NCBI GenBank assembly: GCA_037447605.1
Contig: CM074806.1
Span: 1,240,001 to 1,304,000, forward strand
Direction of reading: 5' to 3'
DNA from: Zygnema circumcarinatum SAG 698-1b
Lineage: Eukaryota > Plantae > Zygnematophyceae
DNA: 64,000 nt
Positions 24,939 through 35,730 of the stretch are shown here, in pieces; positions within the stretch are counted from its first letter, which is position 1, and the number at the start of each line of letters is the position of its first letter. The notes beneath the pieces are model-generated. The model was not told where the DNA came from. It saw only the letters and a program-made list of their open reading frames with translations, and searched no databases. The translations under genes and the position numbers were made by a program.

Positions 24939-25485
24939 CAGTAGGGGATCCTCGTATTTACCGCCCTAAGGAGTGCGTCAAGAAATTCGCCCCGATTTTG
25001 CCGAAACCACCTTTTTGTACGGTAACTGTGTGTTAGCCGTACTAGTCGTACGTTTCGTACTGCCCGTACTATCTGTACTAGCCGTACTAGCCGTACTAGC
25101 CGTTACGGGCTTACGCAAAACTCACCTATTCTCCCCGCACGTCCCGCCGTAAGAGGCTCTCGCTCTTCTCCCTCGTCTTCTTGGCATCGATACGATACGA
25201 TACGACACGACACGACACGATACGGTACGATACGGTACGATACGGCACGATACGAAACTCTACGATACGGTACTATCCGTACTAGTCGTATGAGCTGTAG
25301 TAGCCGTTACAGTACGATACAGTACGATATGATACGATATGATACGATACGATACGTAAGGTCCAACATGAACTCTAACATAATACCGCCCGTCTATTGG
25401 TAACACGAACCTTATATATGCAAAATCAATATTTTCGCCTCATATTGGCCAAAACCAGGGTGGAAAATATGAGGACCCCCTACTG
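24939..25485. mobile_element. Non-autonomous Tc1/mariner-type MITE, about 547 bp
   Basis: 29-bp terminal inverted repeats (CAGTAGGGGATCCTCGTATTTACCGCCCT versus reverse complement of the right end CAGTAGGGGGTCCTCATATTTTCCACCCT, 4 mismatches). TA on both flanks (24937-24938 and 25486-25487). No transposase ORF. Confidence 0.85.
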
Positions 25486-25847
25486 TACAGACGGACAGAT
25501 GGACGTACTGTACGAACATACGGACGTACGGGTGGACAGACGGACATGTGGACGTACGGACGGACGGACGGGCCGTCGGCCCGTCGGCCGTCCGCCCTCT
25601 CGATCTGCTCCAGCTCTCAAATTCCGTATGGTACGGTCCCGTCCCGCCCGCGGAAACCTCCCTTGACTTTCTTCTGCCGCCTGGAAGTGCGTCAGTTGAC
25701 GTCATCGTGAGACTGTGGGCGCCAATCAGCTGCCGCGCCCTAACCGTCGACGCCAAGCGAGACAAACAGCCGTACGGTACGGACAAGGAAGCCGCCACCT
25801 GTACGGCCGACACTCGTGTTCGCGCCCCGTCCCGTCCCGGCCTGCTT

Positions 25848-26030
25848 CCTCCCTCCCTCCCTCCCTCCCTCGCCCTCTCCCTACCACCCTGCCTCCCTCC
25901 CTCCCTCCCTCGCCCTCTCCCTACCACGCCCTCTCCCTACCACCCTCCCTCCCTCCGTCCCTCCCACCCTCCCTCCCTCCCTCCCTCCCGCCCTCCCTCC
26001 GTCCCTCGCCCTCTCCCTACCACCCTCCTC
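25848..26030 (+). repeat. Polypyrimidine (CCCT)n-rich tract in the desaturase 5' leader
   Basis: Repeated CCCT units and three copies of CCCTCGCCCTCTCCCTACCAC. Confidence 0.85.
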
Positions 26031-26057
26031 GTCTCCAAGCGGTGCGGCGGTCAGGCC

Positions 26058-28508
26058 ATGGCGGTGGACTTCGAGTGGGTGGAGGCCGCGGAGCCACACG
26101 CCGCGCGGCGGAAGCGCATACTTGCGGCGCACCCGGAGGTGCGGGAGCTCTTCGGGCCCGACCGCCTCGCACTGCCCAAGGTCAGGCGCTGCCAGCTTCC
26201 AATAGACCTGCTGAGGTTGAGAGTTTATGAAAGAGCAGGGCTGGGAACTTAATCGAAGTAATGCCTGTTCTTAAATAGGTGCTATCTTCAAAGTGGCACC
26301 GTCGTCGTTGCAATGTTCTGGTTATGTTGGCCGGTTCAGGTCAGGCACTCCTTCGCTTCGAGTAATGTAAAATGCTCTAAGAATTCCGGCGTTTCACGCT
26401 AGAAATTCGGCTGCTCTACTATGAGGCGTTAATATAGAATAATCTTCTGCTCTTTTATTCCTCGCATCTGGCAAGATATAGCAGTTTGTAGATACGATTC
26501 TCCTGTGGTGCTCCATTGGAATTACGCCCCGCACATTAGGATCCCATTAGGTTTCCTTTGGAGACAGATATTTTGAAATTGAACCAATTCCTTGGAGATA
26601 AACTTAGCGCAACTTGGAAATAAGTTTGATACGAGCAGAATTCATCCATCGACTTGGCCTCAACGAGGCCTTCATAAACAGGTATATAAACTTAAAAAAC
26701 TTATATATGTATATAAGTTTTTTTCTTTCTTTATATCCCTTACTTTACCTTTCCTCCTAGTCCAATGAAATTCCTGCACTCTGTCGACCCCTCGTTGTTC
26801 CAGCTCACTGAAGGACATCCTATGCGTTCCTGAGTTTGAAGCATCTGGGAGCGCAGGACCTCGTGGTAAGCATCCTCGCACTTTTGGAGGTTCTTGTGAA
26901 CTATACATCCTTGAATCTGAAGAATCTATATCTCATAAGACATGCAGCCATACTGTTACGCTCAAGATGACCTATTCGTCTGCGGGCCACTGAAAAGGCT
27001 ACCTTGCGTTCCTGTCACGTTAACTGAATTGCGATTATGTAAACTTTCATGCACTTTCTATGATCCAAAAATGCACTTCGGATTCCGTTCAGGCACGACG
27101 ATGGTCAGTCACAAAAGCGAAGACTGCGGATTTGTGAGGCGTTGTGTGTACTGGATGCTCCCAGCTATAGCTTGCTCAGGTCGATTAGGGAATGCCAATA
27201 CATTGTTTTTTTCACCAAGTTTGCAGCAGGAGATTTTCTTCCGTTCCGTTAACATCTTGATTCGGGAGCAGTCACATCGACCTGCTCTTAACTGTACTCA
27301 GCATTTGCATTGTCACTCAAGATAAGATTTCCTTAAACAAGGTCGGTTGATGATTGAGATATGAAGTTAATGCACCAATTGGAAAAGGAAAGAAAGCCAC
27401 GAATGGAAGGTAAGGCTATCTCTGGTTTCGAAAAGATAGCCAGGGTAACATGAAGTCTCCTCTAACTCGAGTGACAGCAATAATGCCTTGCATGCGAGTG
27501 CAAGTAGCGAATAGTAGGTTGGATGATGTCAGGTTTCAGGACGTCTGTCTTGCCACCGTGCACAGCACCTTTTTCAGGAGTGGTGGGAAAGCAGAGCATT
27601 GTGGTGAAGCTGCTTAATGAGCTACTTTGAATGGGCGTTGTTTTCATTAGTTAACAGCATTATTCCGGCTATTGGATGGACAGGTTTTGGCTGTAGTGGC
27701 TCTTCAGATTGTTGCCGCATACTACGTTCAGAGCGCCACGTGGCTCACCATTTTTTTCTTCGCATACTGTTTTGGGGCCTTCTGCAACCACAACCTCTTC
27801 CTTGCCATTCATGAACTCAGCCACAACCTCGCCTTCTCTCAGCCCCTCTACAACCGTCTCTTGGCGTTGATGGCTAATCTTCCGGTTGGCGTGCCCATGG
27901 CTGCCACCTTTCGAAGATACCATCTGGACCATCACCTCTACCAGGGAGTGGAGGGACTGGATGTGGACGTCCCGTCTTACCTGGAAGGAAAACTCTTCAG
28001 GTCGCCCTTCTTTAAACTCATATGGGTTCTTCTGCAGCTCTTCTTCTACGCCCTTCGGCCACTCTTCATCAATCCAAAGGTGCCGGGCTGGTGGGAGGCA
28101 GCAAATCTGGCTGTCCAGCTTGCTTTTGATGCCGCTGTAGTAATCCTTCTGGGATGGAAGGCACTGGGTTACCTGCTTTTGTCAACTTTTGTGGGAGGAG
28201 GTCTGCATCCAATTGCGGGCCACTTTATTGCAGAGCATTATGTAGTGCTTGGTGGCCAGGAGACCTACTCGTACTACGGCCCCCTGAACTGGCTGGCATG
28301 GAACGTGGGCTACCACAATGAGCACCATGACTTCCCCAGGATACCCGGCTGCAGCCTCCCTCGGCTTCGAGAAATCGCCCCCGAGTTCTATGAGAGCCTC
28401 GAGTCGCATTCCTCTTGGACGATGGTCATTTACCGCTATATAATGGATCCGAACCTAGGCCCGTTTAAGAGGATAAAGAGAAAGTACAAAAAGGGCAAGT
28501 CGAGTTAA
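26058..28508 (+). CDS. DES1: Sphingolipid delta(4)-desaturase (DES1/DEGS family), exons 26058-26180 and 27684-28508
   Basis: DFEW..EPHAARRKRILAAHPEV N-terminal motif, histidine boxes HELSH, HLDHH and HNEHH, GHFIAEHY, and a C-terminal KxKxx ER-retrieval-like end. Confidence 0.96.
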
Positions 28509-28878
28509 AGCAGCTGCAGGCGCCAACAAGGAGGTCCTCCTCTCATCTAATCGATGGAATCTACATTTGAATTAGCACTTTCCCCATGGGCATTCTTAAA
28601 CGTGCGAATGACAGCGCAGCGATACGGATTAAACACTCAAATTTGTTGAAACTAGTGCTAACCTTCGTTCAATGCATGTCGCCCAAGCATCGGAGCAACA
28701 CGGTGCTCAGACTCTGTCGCTGTCAATCCAACTTTCTGAAGTTTGGACAAGTCTGTTGCTATGGAACTGAAACATCCGAGGGCAAAAATGTTCAGCACAA
28801 TGTGGTGGTAAGTGAAACCATGAACGGGGAAAACAGATGCACATGTGCAGTCCGTGTGTGTGTCCCATCCTGGCCGCC

Positions 28879-28987
28879 CATCATCATCATCATTATCATC
28901 ATAATTATCGTCATCATTATCATCACCATCATCATCACCATCATCATCACCATCATCATCACCATCATCACCACCATCATCACCACC
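28879..28987 (+). repeat. (CAT/CAC)n trinucleotide microsatellite
   Basis: Imperfect ATC/ACC array between the desaturase and D-LDH genes. Confidence 0.92.
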
Positions 28988-29677
28988 CGCGAGGCGAGCC
29001 GAAGAAGTCTTAGTCTATCGTGCTTGCCTTCAGGCGTGCCTGCACCCATGTCACGTCACAAGGGGTGACATCACATAACGTTACGCGACGTCACATCACG
29101 GAGACCAGCCGTCTCGATGGACCTCGCGTGGATTGACCGCAATGCCGCGGTCAAAACTTTTGAACGCCGGACGGACAGACCAAGTTTGTAGTTTATTTCC
29201 CAGCGCGGTCAGGTATGGCGAAAATGGCAGAAATTTCCTCGGGGGAATTTGCGCCGAGGCTCGGCGTGGCGGCAAAGGGGCGGCCCATCTGCGGCGAGGG
29301 AGGATGCAGGCAGGCAGGCAGGCAAGCAAGAAGGCAAGCGGGCGATGCACAGAGTAATGTTTGTGCTTCTGACCGGTGTACCATGATTTTATTGGTCAAA
29401 GCGTGACATCCTTCGGTATCAATATCATCGAGCTGCAAACAATTTAAGAAAGGCTCGGTTTCTTCGCCACAATCGGTCAAGCAATTATTGTAGCAAAACC
29501 TGAGGTTGTCGGACTATGAGGCTTCAAGCTCCCAGCAATTCATACAACATATTCTCAGTGTTACCGCATAAACGGTGCATGTGGCCCAAAACAATCTCAC
29601 AAACTTAAGGAAGTTGCGGAAAGGTTTGCAGGCGACGGGCTCCGGAGGGGTTGTGGCCATACGTGCTCGTTGCCGCC

Positions 29678-32600
29678 ATGCTTTCTCTGCTTCCTCGGCT
29701 GCGGCACAGGCTCTGCTCTCCTCCTACACGGCTATGGAGAACGAAAGGAAATGGGCTAGGAAGGAAAGACGAGAGGATGTTTGGATCCACAACCTGCACT
29801 TCGTCAAGCGGTAGAGAAGAAAGACACGCACGGGCGGGATGGCGCTTTGGGGAGGAGAAGCAGGAGGGACGGTGGCCATTATCACTTTTTGCAGCAGGAG
29901 GCGTTGCAGGAGCTGCTCTCACATACAGGGGATGGGAAGATCTCGCGGCTCATGCGGAAGAGCTCCAGACAGGGGGCGGAGGGCGTCAGGAATCAGAGGT
30001 GATAGAGAGTGAAGATCGGCAGGGACTACCGGAGGAGTTTGTCAAGGAGCTGCAAGACAAGTTGAGCCTGGAGAGTGTGGTCTTGGACCTTGCGGACAGA
30101 GAAGCTCACGGAAATTCATGGAATAGCTACCATAAAATGGTAGCACCTCCTGACGCGGTGGTCTATCCACGGTACGTCCTGTACTAGAAATCTGAGCCAG
30201 AGTCATCATCCCAATGTATGGAAGGATTGCCAACAATCTCTCCGAAAATTCAGTCAACTGATTAAAATTGGTTGAAGTAGAATTGAAGGAAGGTATTGTG
30301 TTTGGAAAGTGCCCTATAACCCTAGAGAACGACATTTTCTCTGCAAGATCGCACTTATTTTTGTTGGCCAGAGGACGCCTCTGCGATGCTTACCAGAAAG
30401 CCAGGAATCATTAATCTCATCGTTGCAATACGAGAGTCTCGTGCAGATCTACATCGGATGTGGTGGAGGTAGTCAAGGCATGTAAGCGCTATAAAATTCC
30501 CATAACGGCTTTTGGAGGTGGAACATCTCTTGAAGGTCACACCATGACTCCATCGGGGGGCATCAGTCTAGATTTGACACAGATGAAGGTGAGTGTGCAG
30601 GTTTATATGGATTTGCTAAACTTTATGAAGCCTCATTCACGTTTTGATGGATCACATGATCATGCTTTTCCTGCGCTTGTACTCTTTACCCACGGTCAAA
30701 GTTCATCGCGGATAACTGTACAGATATGTACCGGAGGCTCCGTTGTCATGTCAACGAGTGAGTGCGGATGTAGAGGTCCCTCTTTTTGTCGCCTGGCACA
30801 AGTCATCAATTTGTCAGGACACCAGAAGAATGCTTTGAGAAGATAGAATGAACGCAACTAATAGTCCTTTTAGAAAAGGTCTTTGTACAGTTTCTATGTC
30901 AAGACAACTCTGTATGCTCCATCCAGCTGATACCTATGCATTGCCTTTTTTTGGTCCAACGGGAGCAGGCGGTGAAGGAGGTCCACTTGGAGGATATGGA
31001 CGCTGTTGTTGAGCCAGGCATTGGCTGGCTTGAACTCAACGACGAGCTGAGGCCGTTAGGTTTATTCTTTCCCCTTGATCCAGGTCCCGGTGCAACAATC
31101 GGAGGCATGGCTTCCACTAGGTGCTCGGGTTCCTTGGCTGTGCGTTATGGCACTATGCGCGACAATGTTATTTCTCTTGAGGTCAGTTGCAGGCGTCCAG
31201 TCTTGTCATCTCTTCTATTGCTGCTGATTGTGTCTACCGTCTAGGTTTAGCTTTCTTTTCTGCCCGTGAAAGCTGTCGGTACTTTCTGGCTGTTTCTGGC
31301 ACGAACCGCTCTCAAGTATGGTGATATCAGGATTGGAGACGGCTTTTATATCTGATATGGTATTGGCTGTTCAGTGATGAGTTGAAGACTAGTATCCCAA
31401 GTTCTGAGTTCGCTGGCGCTGGGCCATTCATGGCAGGCTGTGCTAGCAAATGGAGATGTGGTGCGCACATCTGCACGAGCTCGGAAAAGTGCGGCAGGTT
31501 ATGACCTGACACGACTTCTCATAGGAAGCGAGGGTACTTTGGGAATCATTACTGAGGTCACAGTACGGCTGCAGAAGATTCCAGAGGCGTCAGCAGTTGC
31601 TATGTGTAACTTTCCAACTGTGAGAGATGCAGCAAAGGTCGCAATCGCCTGCATGCATTCAGGAATTCAGGTAAGCAGAGAGGCATGCTTTTCTTGAACT
31701 GCTAATAGTTCTGTTTGCCGCAGGGAGCTGCTTAACTCCCTGACTGACTGCTGTCTTTCCAGGCTCCAGGTGTCTCGTGTGGAGCTGCTGGACGAAGTCC
31801 AAATGCGTGCCATCAACATTGCGAATAGCTATGAGTACCCTGAGCAGCCAACGCTGATGTTTGAACTCATAGGCACACCAGCATACGTGTCAGAACAATT
31901 GCAGCGGGTGCGCGAAATAGCAGCATCACACAGTGGGGGTAAATTTAGGTACGCAGAAACAGAAGAGGAGAAGGTGGAGCTATGGAGGGCAAGGAAGGAG
32001 GCTCTGTGGGCTGGGGCCATGTTGAAGCCAAATGCCGAAGCTTTGATTACAGTGAGTGTCTCAAAGCTGTGCCTGCTGGAGGTTTGCCTCGTCACGAGTT
32101 AGTGAACGATAGATTCTTATCATCCAGAGGCAGGGAATGTGGAGGCACAAAATACGTTCCTTTCCTAGTTCCTGTTGTACGTGTTGTGACCCTCTATTGG
32201 TGGTCGTTTGTTTGCATTGCTGAAGGCTTAAATTCCGCGGACGTATGCTATCGAAGCTGTAAATAAGTCAGAGAGACCAATCAAGTCAGCCTGAGGCGAT
32301 AGAGCACTTGCTGTCAATTCCTGCAATCAGATTGCGTTGCAGAAAATGCCGGTCTCGCTGGTTTATCATGTATAAAGGTGGAGAACAGAGCGGATCACAA
32401 TGTTCACCTTCAAAGCATGATGTATTTCCAGATAGAGGTTGCATACAGTGGGAATGCGTGAATCTGGATGCTGACGTAACTGATCACTTTAAGGGTGTTT
32501 GCTGGAAGTAGGATGTGTGCGTGCCCCTGTCACGTCTTGCGGATTGCATCGGGGAGACCAAGGAGGAGCTGGTGAAGTCATCGCTGCCGTGCCCCATAGT

Positions 32601-33003
32601 GGCTCACGCCGGGGATGGCAATTTCCACGTTCTCATTTTTGTCGACATGTCAAAACCGGAAGAGCTAGAGGAGGCGCATAGGCTAGCGAGTAACATCACC
32701 CGACGCGCTCTCGCAATGGATGGTGAGTGGATCATTTGTCCATTGTGCGGCAGCTGCCTTCGGAGCAATCCATCCTCTGAGCTCACTGCCGAACGGATGT
32801 ACAGAAAAATGGCTGAAGTATGTGTGCTTACCGGTGCAGGAACGTGCACGGGAGAGCACGGGGTCGGCCTGGGGAAGACGCAGTACTTGGAGGCGGAGCT
32901 TGGGCACAACGCCGTGGCTCTCATGGCGGACATAAAGAAGGCCCTGGACCCTGACGGCATCCTGAATCCCGGAAAAATCATACCGCGGCATTTCTGTCGT
33001 TGA
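29678..33003 (+). CDS. DLD: D-lactate dehydrogenase (cytochrome), mitochondrial FAD-linked oxidase, 7 exons
   Basis: FGGGTSLEGH, FFPLDPGPGATIGGMASTRCSGSLAVRYGTMRDNV, KSAAGYDLTRLLIGSEGTLGIITE, AHAGDGNFH, TCTGEHGVG and ILNPGK, with a presequence-like N-terminus. Confidence 0.95.
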
Positions 33004-33479
33004 GTTGAAGATCCGGAGATGACATATTTTTGGAGGATTGGAGGTCGCTCATGAGACGGTTAAGGGGGGCATTACGCCCCCCGTGCAGCTAAGTATATGA
33101 ATGGCGGTAGTTCAGGCAATGTTGATGAGCATTTGTAGGGTTTGATCTCGGTCTACATCCCGTTCTGAGGGTACGAGCAGCGCAGTTGCAGTGCAGGACA
33201 CAGTTACAGGACGTATAACAGAAACTACTTTTTAAACACCTGTTGTAAATTTGAAGGACGTTGATTTTTTCAAGATGCGAAGTTGACCTGACTGCGACAG
33301 ACCCTGACGTGTTGCGAAGATAGTGACTGTGCTCTTTGTACTCAGGCCATCAATCACGGCTGCTTACTGCTCGTGGCAACTATATTTCTAACTTGCAACA
33401 CTAATTCTTAGTCCTTTTCGGCCTACATCTACTGCAGTGATTTGCTGCGAACCAGCTTCACCTTCCGGGCAGCTCTTTC

Positions 33480-34430
33480 CTGGCAAGTCTTGCAGGTCGC
33501 ATGAACAGGTAAAACGCGACACTTCCTTCTCGGTCTCTTTTGTTATCGACAGCTCACTGCCTACGAGGAGCTCGTGGGAACCTCCGACCTCCCAAAAAAG
33601 ACTCTACGGAGTACCTTTCTGCCAGCTCCTCTCTGCCCAAGTCACCAAGAACAAGGCACCGTCTCCGAGTTGCGGTCGCGCAAGGACAGCGGCCGGTCAG
33701 CATTTGGTCGGAAACCGACCTGCATTCAAACGGGCAGAGTGGATCGGCCATCCCATGGATGATACGAACGCGTTTTCCCTCGTTCTGGAGGGCGTCCAAA
33801 GACGGGCCAAAACCCTTTTAAAGCAGTCCATGCTTTAGTGAAGACGCTCAATGGCATTAACGTTACATGCGCTGCATAAGGTGGCACAGTGCAGATAGAG
33901 AAAATGCTTTGCACATGTCAACGCTAGTGCCTTCTTAAACATCAGCATTATTCTTACAACCAATGCCAAGCTTTATGTCAAAAAAAAAGTGCAATGTTAT
34001 ATAGGCTGCTCAGTGAACCACCGTTCAATGGAGTGCAATGCGGTGCCTTATATTCCCCCAGTTTCATCGTTTCCACAGCATCAACCTGCACGGTTGTAAT
34101 TATTCCATCAGGCACCCGAGAATCATCTCCACTGATTTCATCGCTCTGCATGACACCATACAAGTTTCCATTTCGACGAGCAGCCATGAACGAGCAAAGA
34201 CGTGCGTCCACCATGCTTTTTGACCAGTTCATCCCGTCAAACATCGCAAACAGCATTCCCAGCGCTCAATTCAGAACACCGACACTGAAGAAGTACAGTG
34301 AGCCGAGGGCTTCCAGACACGCGTCCGCAGTCTGCACAGCCATTCGGTAAGCGAGTCTCTTGCCATGTTCTGCAAGTCAATGCACCCTTAAACTTTCTAC
34401 ATGGCGAGACCTTCCAACGCGTTGATCCAT
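33480..34430 (-). pseudogene. Possible decayed gene with a PD-(D/E)xK-like segment followed by a kinase N-lobe-like segment
   Basis: One frame from GCAGCCATGG (ATG 34430) to 33978 is broken by two TGA codons and contains RVPDGII...LGEYKAP. The downstream piece LAERYSVESFLGGRRF..AVDNKRDREGSVAF resembles kinase subdomains I-II. Motif resemblance only. Confidence 0.3.
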
Positions 34431-34504
34431 GGCTGCCGGCTCTGCTCGCGGCCTCCTCTGCGCAGAGCTAGGGCCAGGGCCTGCTCGCGGAGAGCTCCAT
34501 GGCT

Positions 34505-34697
34505 GCCACGTCAGCGCGCCTCCACGTGACAGGCGACACCGGATCCAAAGCGCCCGAAAGAGCCACCGACACGCGGCGCGGGGCGGACGCTCCACATGGC
34601 ACCCCGGAGCAATAACTTTTCCACGTGGCACGTCCATATTTTGCCACGTGGTCGACTAAACACGTCACGCAGCATTACACGTGTACACGTGTCAGCA
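34505..34697. promoter_or_regulatory. Dense G-box/ACGT-core cluster
   Basis: About five CACGTG plus several CACGTC within about 190 bp. Confidence 0.5.
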
Positions 34698-34849
34698 GCC
34701 GCGAGTCAGGTTCTATTGACGGCGTTCCGTGCAGGCGCAGTGCAGTTACGAGGGACGGGCCTGCGCGGTGGGCCGTGACGACGGGACGGGGCAGCGCACG
34801 GAACGGGGGAGGGGCACTGGGCGGCAGGCACGGGAGCACTCTAGAGCCT

Positions 34850-35115
34850 CTGAACCCTTTTTGAACTCTAAACCCCAAATTTGAGGCATTAAACACTTTA
34901 AACCCTACACCGAATCCTGGATTTGAAACCCTAAATTCTGTCTCCAATCTGCAACTCAAACCCCAACACAGAAACTTTTAGACCTTCAGTCCTGAACGTT
35001 GAACTTTATACCCTTAATCATAAGCCTTAAGCTATAAGCGCTAGACTCGTACCCTACTATCTGAACCCTAAATACTGTCTTCAATTCTGGACCCGAAACC
35101 TTGAACCCTGAACTC
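34850..35115 (+). repeat. Degenerate (AAACCCT)n-like interstitial telomere-type tract
   Basis: Roughly 7-nt periodic units such as AAACCCT, GAACCCT, AAACCCC and AAGCCTT. Confidence 0.7.
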
Positions 35116-35730
35116 TATTCGTTTTTTCATACCTTTACACTACTTTCATAGAAGTTAGCTTGAAACGTTGTGTCTATGGTATACGAAGGACGAGAGAGAA
35201 GTCAAATATCATTAATAAGACCATATTTCCGCAGCTTGCATCGTTGAAGCCAACTAATGCACGTTCCGTATTTTATTCACTGACGTTTTTTCGTTCCCAG
35301 TGGAGTAGTGGAGAGTCGGTTATTGGCTTCCATATGAGCCCATGTGACATAGAGAACTGGAATCATTCCGATAAAGTCACACCCCTTTCTTTTTGTGCAA
35401 ACTCTCCAAACTCTGAAAAACTATCCAGGCAGGACAGTACACAGCCACCCACAAAGAGGAGGTACAAAACCGAAGAGTGAGATTCAAAGCAGCAATAGCT
35501 CAAAGATTTGGGATCAAAGGCACTACTGCATGGTTCAGCAGGTGCCATTCCTCTTCTCAAGGAGAATTATTTCAACACTGCCTGCCTCGCTCGGAAGGCC
35601 CCAGAGCGAGTACTTGGTGGTTTATATCACATGAAGAAAGACTGTGAGAATGAATGAAATGAGGAGAGTTGAGCTATGTACACCACGCTTTGGGGAATCT
35701 GCAGCTCCTACAATGGGCTCGAGACCGCTG

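Noticed and set aside
28586-29068. ORFs with poly-Ile or poly-Met runs that look like membrane proteins
   Set aside because: They arise from the (CAT)n microsatellite.
34266-34379. Selenoprotein reading of the two in-frame TGA codons
   Set aside because: No UxxC/CxxU context, no recognisable selenoprotein family and no SECIS seen. Pseudogenisation or chance is simpler.
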